A DNA stretch of 64,000 nt from a virus: positions 1-64,000 of IMG/VR virus record IMGVR_UViG_3300027969_000074; one strand, given 5' to 3'. The notes under the pieces are model-generated. The model was not told the DNA's origin, did no database searches, and saw only the letters and a list, made by a program, of their open reading frames with translations. Made by a program: the position numbers and the translations under genes. Of this stretch, positions 26,856-34,660 are shown in pieces. How positions within the stretch are numbered: position 1 is the first letter of the stretch; every line of letters begins with the position of its first letter.

Positions 26856-27968
26856 TTAAAATGTTAAGTTGCCCTTTTTAGTGGTTACCGTGGTTGCAGG
26901 TGCAACTTTATTTGTAGCTACTGAATTTGCAGTTTTTGCTTGATTAGCAGCTGGCGCTTTAACTGCAGCAGGCGCTTTAACTGCAGCAATTTGTTCAGGA
27001 GTTACATTCTTTAGGGCTGCATCTAATTTAGCAGCTATTTCTGGAGTAATTTCAGTAATTGGAGTATTTGGAGTACCAACTAAAATTGCAATTGCTTTAG
27101 CTGTTCCACTTCCGTATTTACCAATAGCTCCGCCCTTATCATTAATTGCTTTGGCTGCTTCGGCATTTCCACTAGCAATAATTTTTTTCTGTAGATCTTG
27201 AATTTTTTGGTCAAAAGTTTGGGTTGCTTTTAATCCAGCTGAGGTGTTAGCCGTAGCGCTAGTTGAACTTGGCGTGGTTGTTGAACCTGGAGTTGTAGAG
27301 CTAGTTGAACTTGGAGTTGTAGCAGTTGTTGAACCCGGTACGGTTGCCACATTCGCTGAGCTAGTCTGTGCAGCATTTTTTTCAACATATGATGGGCTAA
27401 CTAAATTTGATTCTATAGGTTTTCCATTTTTACCTAGCGCCATTATTCTTTTATTATCATTAATAACTCTTAAATTAGGCAAATCTGTTTTATTCCAAGC
27501 AGCAAGTTCAACCGCTGAGCCTTCAACTGCAACACTTGCTCTATGTGGAACTTTTGTAACATCGTATGCAACCCACATTCCGCCAGATCCTTCGATTTGA
27601 TCTGTCGCGTAAGGTAAAAAGGCAACCTGTGCTTTAAAAACAGTTTGTCCAATTAAATTAGTTTTATTTTGAACGCCTAAATCAATAATAGCCAATAAAT
27701 TATGATTTGGGATTTTAATTCCATCTTTAGTTTCATCAGCTGGGGCATTCCACCAATTTTTAAAATCTGGGTCTTGGGCCAGTTCACGTAATATTGTATT
27801 AGATGGATTGGCTTCGTCAACTGATCCTTCTTTTCCACTACGTAATACTATATCCCATCTTTTTAACTCGCCAGCCTCTGGTTTAGCAGTAGAAATCTTT
27901 GTAACTTCACGAGCTTCATCAATTACTGACGGTTTTTTAAATTCTTCAAATGTTTTAACAAGGGTCAT
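26856..27968 (-). CDS. Hypothetical virion-internal protein with Ser/Thr linker and degenerate PG-binding-like domain
   Basis: MTLVKTFEEF...IDE; IQDLQ...G.YG.GT..AI; late motif at 27989-27996. Confidence 0.55.
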   Translation of the reverse strand: MTLVKTFEEFKKPSVIDEAREVTKISTAKPEAGELKRWDIVLRSGKEGSVDEANPSNTILRELAQDPDFKNWWNAPADETKDGIKIPNHNLLAIIDLGVQNKTNLIGQTVFKAQVAFLPYATDQIEGSGGMWVAYDVTKVPHRASVAVEGSAVELAAWNKTDLPNLRVINDNKRIMALGKNGKPIESNLVSPSYVEKNAAQTSSANVATVPGSTTATTPSSTSSTTPGSTTTPSSTSATANTSAGLKATQTFDQKIQDLQKKIIASGNAEAAKAINDKGGAIGKYGSGTAKAIAILVGTPNTPITEITPEIAAKLDAALKNVTPEQIAAVKAPAAVKAPAANQAKTANSVATNKVAPATTVTTKKGNLTF

Positions 27969-27995
27969 TTGTGTTTACTTATTTTTAGTTATTTA

Positions 27996-30371
27996 TTATG
28001 CAAAATTAAAAGTTTTAGTCCTAAATAAACCTTCATTAGTTGATTTACTTTGAGTCAATTTTAATTCAGGAGGATTTGCATTTTTTATTGATTCAATTGC
28101 GATTTTTTCAGCAGCGTCTGCTTCTTCTTGAGTAACAGTACCGTCCTTAACTAATTGTTGCAAACTATCATGTACTCTTGAAGTATCTTCCATATTTAAA
28201 CTAACCATACCTGTTTCAAAATCAAATACATCAGCAAAGGCTGCTCTAGTTGGAAGATCTTGAGAATTTAGTGCATGTTGAGCATCAATTGAATCGTCTA
28301 ATCCCATTGATCTTAAAATTTGTTTAGTATATTCAGTACTTTTCTTTTCAAACTCGGCTGCGGCTTTTGGATCATTTGCCATATTCGCAGTACCTCCAAG
28401 TAGAGCAGTTGAACCTGGGAAATTAGCACAATGGGCGCCGACCGTTGCTTTAACTACGTCAGTTATTAAATTACAATCGGTTTTACCAGCCTTGGCGGTT
28501 GCAGTCTTTACGATCTCATCGTTTTTCTTAATTACTGCTTCTACTTCAGAAGAAGCGGCGGTTTTTTCTGGATTAATAAATTCAGCTTGAGCGGAAGCCG
28601 CTTGATTTGCAGCTGCATTATTTGCATCTACTGTAGAATCTCCAGTAGATACTGAATCCTCTTCATTTAGAGCTGGCGATAATGCCGAACCTGCCAACTT
28701 AGTCGCTGAACTAGTTGCCATTTGCTTAATACACTCCAGGCTTCCATAGCGCTGGTATGCAAGTCTTGAAATAAAATTAAGTAGCCTTTTTAGAAATATT
28801 CCTCTAGTTGCAAGCGCGCCGCCTGCTTTAGTTAGTTTAGCTAATACATAAACAGTATCATCAAAGTTTTTAACACCTTGAATAAAAATTTCAGGTTTTG
28901 TTGCCCATGGAGTAAATGCTCTAACCTCAGCTTTTGATAAATTTTTAGCAACCGCTGGATCAGTCAGCATTGTTTTAAATACTTTGCGAATATCATCAGC
29001 CTTTGCGTCTTTTGCAAGTTGAGTAATATATTCGCCACTAGGTTTCCATCCATACTTATTTGCAAAATATTCTGCTAATTTTGGATCCTTTTTAACAATT
29101 TGATCAATTGCATCAACTGATGCGCCAATTAATTCATTTTCAACCTTTGCCGCTTTTGCTACTTGTTGTAGAGATTCAGGTTGACCTGCAATTGAGGCCA
29201 TGAATTTTTTATCTTGTTCAACAGCCTTTAGTAAATCAGCTGAATACCCTCCTTCTTTTGCATAAGCCGTAATTACAGCTGGATCAAAATCTTTATAGGC
29301 AGTTGAATTAAGAATAGCCTTTCCTTGTGGACTAGTTGCAGCATATTCAACTCCCTTTTTAGAAACTACGGTATCTGCTAATTTATCAGCGCCTTTTGCA
29401 ATTTCCTTTTTAGTAGTTTCTTCACCTAACAACTTCGCAGCCGTTTCAAAATTACGACCAAATATCTTAAGTTGAGCTTCAAGTCCAAGTCTTTCAAATG
29501 CCTGTACAGCTTTTACTCCGTATTTTCCAACAATTGGAACTAAATTAAATACTGTTTTTATAAAATTAGTAACAAATTTAAGTACGCCAACTGCAACTGT
29601 TCCAAAAAAGTTAGCAACTCCTTTAAGTAACGAAGCAATTATTCCAGAAATACTCTTATCGCCTAGCGTTCTAATTCCGTTCTTTAGTGCAAGAACTGCT
29701 GGCCCAACTTCAGTTGCCGAACTTCCAGTCCTGCATAGAATTTTGGTTAATTTTTCAAGTAGACCAAGAACCGGCTTAGGTAAAAATTTAATAGTTTTTA
29801 AGAAATTTGAAGTTTTAGTAACATCGATTGCTGCGATTACGCTAAGTATCATTGATACATATTCGCCCTTATATAAAGAAATGATAGCTGATAAGATATT
29901 TGCAACTACATCAATTGGAAATCCAGCCCAAGTAAATGGAACAATTCCAATTACATCTAGTACTAATCTTAGAATATTTAGACCCATTTCGGTTGGATCC
30001 GGATCCGCAACTAGGGCTTTTACAAAGTTCATAACTGAACTCATTACGCCTTCGTTAATTAATTGGACAGTATGTAGGTATGATTCATTAAGTCGAAGCT
30101 TAATTGTATCGTATCCCTGTCTAACCAAAAAGTCCTCCTTTTTGATAATATCGTTAATATCTTCAAAATTTTCAAGTAAAAAAACTTGATGCTCAAAGAT
30201 TTCTTCTTCTGAATGGTTAGGCGTTCTAGGTTTACTTAATTTGCTAAAGTCAACTGCATCTAGGGCAGTCCAAAAAGACTCAGGAATACTCTCAAAATAT
30301 TGAATCAGTTTTTCATTAACTGGTTCAGCTCCGTGATTAAAGTACTGGTCTGCTGAAATTACATATCTCAT
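27996..30371 (-). CDS. Large helical virion-internal protein with pre-toxin-like hydrophobic segment
   Basis: 791 aa; repeated VNE/LNE/INE sites; LDVIGIVP...D.....LYKGEY..M.LS; late motif at 30395-30402. Confidence 0.55.
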   Translation of the reverse strand: MRYVISADQYFNHGAEPVNEKLIQYFESIPESFWTALDAVDFSKLSKPRTPNHSEEEIFEHQVFLLENFEDINDIIKKEDFLVRQGYDTIKLRLNESYLHTVQLINEGVMSSVMNFVKALVADPDPTEMGLNILRLVLDVIGIVPFTWAGFPIDVVANILSAIISLYKGEYVSMILSVIAAIDVTKTSNFLKTIKFLPKPVLGLLEKLTKILCRTGSSATEVGPAVLALKNGIRTLGDKSISGIIASLLKGVANFFGTVAVGVLKFVTNFIKTVFNLVPIVGKYGVKAVQAFERLGLEAQLKIFGRNFETAAKLLGEETTKKEIAKGADKLADTVVSKKGVEYAATSPQGKAILNSTAYKDFDPAVITAYAKEGGYSADLLKAVEQDKKFMASIAGQPESLQQVAKAAKVENELIGASVDAIDQIVKKDPKLAEYFANKYGWKPSGEYITQLAKDAKADDIRKVFKTMLTDPAVAKNLSKAEVRAFTPWATKPEIFIQGVKNFDDTVYVLAKLTKAGGALATRGIFLKRLLNFISRLAYQRYGSLECIKQMATSSATKLAGSALSPALNEEDSVSTGDSTVDANNAAANQAASAQAEFINPEKTAASSEVEAVIKKNDEIVKTATAKAGKTDCNLITDVVKATVGAHCANFPGSTALLGGTANMANDPKAAAEFEKKSTEYTKQILRSMGLDDSIDAQHALNSQDLPTRAAFADVFDFETGMVSLNMEDTSRVHDSLQQLVKDGTVTQEEADAAEKIAIESIKNANPPELKLTQSKSTNEGLFRTKTFNFA

Positions 30372-30417
30372 TAGGTAGTAATGGTAATTTCTTATTATTT
30401 ATTCGAGTGATCGGGTA

Positions 30418-31482
30418 TTAAAGTGAATCCGCAATCTGGCGTAATATTTTAAAATAGTCACCAGTTGAACAATCTGATAGAAATTTACAAATCTCAAAGA
30501 AATCATCAACTGTATCAAACGACATGGCTGGATGAAATCTTGGATCTTTATACGAAACTGGAATTGTTCCAAATATAACAGATTCATAAACTCTAGCTGG
30601 AATGAACTTTTCTTTTAGATAGAGATCTTTGCTTACATTTATTGAAACTTGAGACATTTGCATGTCTACCCAGATTGCTTCACGATTTCCTCTTGGGCAA
30701 AGAGCAACCCGGTTCATTGTATCAATCCAGCTTTCTAGCGTTGAGGTACTCTTTGCCGCAACTGTCATATTAAATGAACTTCCATCAAATTTACAGGTAC
30801 TATCAATTGCAGAAATAATGTCATTAATTATTGGATTCTTGGAATGACCTTCTTTGTAATTATCAAATGATAGGTTTCCATAATATATTAAATGATTTAA
30901 AACTTTATTTGCATGGGCTTGGTGTACGTCTAAACATGCATTCATAAAGCCTTTACTACAACCTGGAATTGTAATTGATGGAATCTCTATAGAAATGCCT
31001 AATTCATTTAATTTAACAAGAAACGCATGTGATAATGAAAGATCTGTATCTAATATAACAATATCTGCTGCTTCATAACCTGACTCTAGCGCAATATAGA
31101 TAATGGTTTCAAAATAAGCTGCATCCTTTAATTTCTTTTCAAGTGTGGAAAGATTACGGAATCGAGCTTTTAAAAATAATTTTGAATATTCTTTATTTTT
31201 AATAGCCTCAAATACTGTGGATTGATGTAATCTATAGTTATCAATTAATTTATCTGCAAATTGATTAAATACTTTGCCCAATTGATCGTCTGGGAAGCTA
31301 GGTCGACTTGCGAGATTAACCATTCCAGTATCTAAATAATTTACAAAATCAAATTTATCAATTTCATATTGATTAGCCAATTCATCTAATAAACCTAATT
31401 GATAAAATGTGTGTCCTGGAATATTTTCATTAAATATTCCTAGTTCGCCAAAATATGCATAGAGTGCTTTTTTCTTTTCCAT
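30418..31482 (-). CDS. GT-B glycosyltransferase resembling T4 DNA beta-glucosyltransferase
   Basis: LIYYGN and K.LY...FIPARVYES...G.IP parallel BGT IYGG and KNY..NFITLRVWET as recalled. Confidence 0.55.
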   Translation of the reverse strand: MEKKKALYAYFGELGIFNENIPGHTFYQLGLLDELANQYEIDKFDFVNYLDTGMVNLASRPSFPDDQLGKVFNQFADKLIDNYRLHQSTVFEAIKNKEYSKLFLKARFRNLSTLEKKLKDAAYFETIIYIALESGYEAADIVILDTDLSLSHAFLVKLNELGISIEIPSITIPGCSKGFMNACLDVHQAHANKVLNHLIYYGNLSFDNYKEGHSKNPIINDIISAIDSTCKFDGSSFNMTVAAKSTSTLESWIDTMNRVALCPRGNREAIWVDMQMSQVSINVSKDLYLKEKFIPARVYESVIFGTIPVSYKDPRFHPAMSFDTVDDFFEICKFLSDCSTGDYFKILRQIADSL

Positions 31483-31859
31483 AATACGTATTTTACTAGA
31501 ACTCCGTCATTTGGTTCTATGTCAAGTCTATTATTGTAAAAAATATCCCAAGAATCTGCAGCATATTGACCAATTCCATATAGTTCCCTAGGATGTTTCC
31601 AATCGCGATCAATCCATTCAGTGCTAAATCGGATTAATGATTTGGCTCGACGATTATAAAAACCAAGTGGACGAAGTAGTTCTGCTAATTCTTGAGGATC
31701 TGCCTGCGACATCATTGCCGCCGTTGGATACTTATCGAAGAGTTCAGATCTAATTCCGTCCACTTGTACTCGTCTAGTACAATTTAAGAGAATGCAACAA
31801 ACTTGAGATTTCCATGGGTCACCATGATAAATCTCTTGAAGTAATTCAAATGGGCTCAT
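31440..31859 (-). CDS. MBD4-like HhH-GPD DNA glycosylase (catalytic domain only)
   Basis: DPW....CILLN.T; KYP; ELLRPLG.Y..RAK; W..P.EL.GIG.Y..DS..IF; P.D..L.KY..W with catalytic Asp. Confidence 0.88.
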   Translation of the reverse strand: MSPFELLQEIYHGDPWKSQVCCILLNCTRRVQVDGIRSELFDKYPTAAMMSQADPQELAELLRPLGFYNRRAKSLIRFSTEWIDRDWKHPRELYGIGQYAADSWDIFYNNRLDIEPNDGVLVKYVLWKRKKHSMHILAN

Positions 31860-32672
31860 TTACACATTTTTAAAGCCGGCAAAATGAGTAATAAAATGCT
31901 TTCCATTTATTGTACGTGGATTAACAAATAATTGCCCAAAGTTTGCTCTAAAAATATCAAGGATTTCAGTAAATTTAGCTGAGCGATTTTCCAATAACCA
32001 ACTATAATGAAAATGGTATTCAACAATAAAAAGTCTGATTTGATCTAGGCTTTCTTGGTTTAGTGCCTTAATCATATCGTATTCTAATCCTTCAATGTCC
32101 ATCTTGATGGCTGTGATACCCTTTTCTTTAATAATAGTGTTTATATTCTCAGCAGGTACAGTCGTAACCTGACGACCTCTAATGTGATGCACACTGTGCT
32201 TTCCAGAGTCTTGAGATAGGTAAAATTCTACTTCAGACGAATCGTCTGCAACAATTGCCTTTTCAATAATTTCACAACGATCTTGAACGCCATTCATTTG
32301 AACATTTTGTTCTAGGAACTCCACGTTATTATGGAAAGGTTCATATGAATAGACTTTCTTTACTTTTGGAAATTGAGTTAGTAAACGAGTTGCAAAAATA
32401 CCAATATGGCCTCCTGCGTCTAACCAAGTATCTTCATGATTTAGATCTTCAAGATTTAATGGACCTCCATTTTGCGCATAGTGCGGTATGAATAGAGGTT
32501 TAAAATATTCACCACCCGTAGGTTTAGTTGAAATATTTTGTGATACATTAAATTTGATCTCTTCCTCAGACCTAACCAAAAATTGATAATCGTGATATTT
32601 GGTTTTCTTTTCAAAAACCTGAAGGGTTCCATTTTGTCGAGCCTCTTCAATCGAGCATAATACGTCTGCCAT
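31860..32672 (-). CDS. FkbM-family SAM-dependent methyltransferase
   Basis: LDAGGHIGIF, YEP...N, KMDIEG.E, VEYH. Confidence 0.88.
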   Translation of the reverse strand: MADVLCSIEEARQNGTLQVFEKKTKYHDYQFLVRSEEEIKFNVSQNISTKPTGGEYFKPLFIPHYAQNGGPLNLEDLNHEDTWLDAGGHIGIFATRLLTQFPKVKKVYSYEPFHNNVEFLEQNVQMNGVQDRCEIIEKAIVADDSSEVEFYLSQDSGKHSVHHIRGRQVTTVPAENINTIIKEKGITAIKMDIEGLEYDMIKALNQESLDQIRLFIVEYHFHYSWLLENRSAKFTEILDIFRANFGQLFVNPRTINGKHFITHFAGFKNV

Positions 32673-32707
32673 TTATAAATGTTTATTTAGACTAATTATA
32701 CTACAGT

Positions 32708-32998
32708 TTATAAGCTTTGGTCTACGTTAACGTCTTTTTGTTTAATTAAAAGTTCGTCTGGATTTTCAGGATTAGGGCCAGCAGTTTGATAATTGTCATA
32801 TCGACTAGGCTCAGCCTTTTCAATCTCATCAGATTTGACTGATTGGACTTTATTATCAGAGCCCATAATCTTATAAGTTTTAGTAATAGGATCAACTCCA
32901 ATAATTTTGGCAGTATGACCTGATTTTAACATGACCTCTTGGCCAGTTATGTATTTAGAAGAAGTAGCTGAAACTAAAGTAATATCTTCCGACTCACT
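32708..32998 (-). CDS. SH3/KOW-like module, probably the -1 frameshift extension of 32998..34536
   Basis: Frame stays open upstream of ATG 32932 through the A9 run: SLSESEDITLVSATSSKYITGQEVMLKSG. Confidence 0.55.
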   Translation of the reverse strand, partial: SESEDITLVSATSSKYITGQEVMLKSGHTAKIIGVDPITKTYKIMGSDNKVQSVKSDEIEKAEPSRYDNYQTAGPNPENPDELLIKQKDVNVDQSL

Positions 32999-34536
32999 TA
33001 AGCTTTTTTTTTGGATTGATCAACTACAATATACTGACTTTTAAGAGCATTTACGTTTTTCTCGATAGATACTTTAAGTTCAGTTAATTTTTCTTGATAT
33101 TCAGCAGTAAGGCTAGAGTCAGATAGAGCTTCTTCAATTTGAGAAATAGATGCTTCTAATTTAGCAAGATTTTCTTCAATTGTTTTCTTTTCAATATCAA
33201 ATGCTTTAATATTAGCGTCTCTCTCTTCTAATTCAATTGAGTACATTTCGCTAATATCGTATTTAAAGTTCTCCATAACATAGCTATGGAAAGTTAAACC
33301 TTTCATTTTCTTAACAATTCTGGTTTCTCCAAGTTTTTCAAATACAAAAATATCTTCACCTAAGTTAAGAACAATTGAATCTCTTCCAAGTCTTTCATTA
33401 ATAATGGTTTTTCCAAACTCAAGATTAACAACTAGATCTAAATTATTAAACAATTTAGAAAGAGCATTACGGGTTTCAATTGTTTCCATTAAGAAAATCT
33501 CAGACAATTTAATATTGTTAATATTTTCAATAATTGAGTTATTGATTTTTAAATTTAGAGTACCGTTTTCATTAATACCAAATGATACGGTTAAATTTCT
33601 ACATTTAGCCACTAGTTCAGTGCTGTGTTCTTTAAAATTTAAAGTTGCAAAAGCTTCACAAGTTTCAAAAAACTCTGGAAATTCTTTAACTTCTTCAGCT
33701 GCCATTTGAGATGGATCTGAATCTTCAGATACTTTGATAAATTTGTTATCAACAAAAACGATTGCATCGCTTTCGCTAATTTTATAGAATGGTGCAATAA
33801 TTGGTTTTACTTGTGAATCACTATTGCCAATTCCTAAATTAAAGCCGCCAGTAGTTTTTGACTCTAACATGCTAATTTTGTTAATCAATTGATTAACTAC
33901 CGGCAATTGAGAGTGTGAACGCAATTTCATTTTTAATGAATCAGCAGTTTCAATATTTTCAAGTAGAGCCTCTTCTAGTAAAGCACATGCGTCCTTATAA
34001 AGAATTGCACCAGTAACTCGCATTTCATAAATTGAGTTTAAGATTTCAAGTTTTACCGAATTAGTATTTACGTATTCAATAAGAGATTCTAAAATAGTTG
34101 AAACTGTCTTATCATAAGAGAATTTAGATAACCCATTAAAAAAGAAGGTTAGTGCTCTATATTCTGGCATTGATGCAACTGCTTCTTCTAGTCGAGCAAC
34201 TGTGTGTTTAACTACAGGATCTGCATAAATTTCGCTTTCCTTTAAAGCTTTAAGTTTTAAAGAAAGACCTGCTTCGCTAGCCATATTTTGAAGACGCTTA
34301 GTTGGTTTGTCCGCCATCTTTTTGAATTTAGCAACTACTTCTTTAAGATTTTCGTTTACTAGTTCATTAGCAAATTGCTCTAATGTGTTTAGAGAATTTT
34401 CTAAAATTTGATCAGGAGAAACTCCCAAAAGTAATGAGTTATTAATTGATTCTAATACGACCTTTGCGGCGATATTAGAGCTTATGCTCGAATTATTTTT
34501 GAGCTCGTTAGTTAGTTCTTGTATGAGACCGTTCAT
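32998..34536 (-). CDS. Prohead core/scaffold-like structural protein
   Basis: Many (L/I/V)xE sites, C-terminal coiled coil, three tandem late motifs upstream. Confidence 0.5.
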   Translation of the reverse strand: MNGLIQELTNELKNNSSISSNIAAKVVLESINNSLLLGVSPDQILENSLNTLEQFANELVNENLKEVVAKFKKMADKPTKRLQNMASEAGLSLKLKALKESEIYADPVVKHTVARLEEAVASMPEYRALTFFFNGLSKFSYDKTVSTILESLIEYVNTNSVKLEILNSIYEMRVTGAILYKDACALLEEALLENIETADSLKMKLRSHSQLPVVNQLINKISMLESKTTGGFNLGIGNSDSQVKPIIAPFYKISESDAIVFVDNKFIKVSEDSDPSQMAAEEVKEFPEFFETCEAFATLNFKEHSTELVAKCRNLTVSFGINENGTLNLKINNSIIENINNIKLSEIFLMETIETRNALSKLFNNLDLVVNLEFGKTIINERLGRDSIVLNLGEDIFVFEKLGETRIVKKMKGLTFHSYVMENFKYDISEMYSIELEERDANIKAFDIEKKTIEENLAKLEASISQIEEALSDSSLTAEYQEKLTELKVSIEKNVNALKSQYIVVDQSKKKA

Positions 34537-34556
34537 TGAAACGTTTGTCTTTTTTA

Positions 34557-34613
34557 TTATTTATCAGCTTTTGTTGCTAAATTTATTTATCTGGTACTTG
34601 TACAGTTATTTAT
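34557..34613 (-). promoter_or_regulatory. Three tandem late-type GATAAATAA promoters
   Basis: TTATTTAT(C) at 34557-34564, 34583-34590 and 34606-34613. Confidence 0.7.
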
Positions 34614-34660
34614 CTTAACTCGGTTTAATTTAATGAAATTTACGAATATCGGTTGATACT

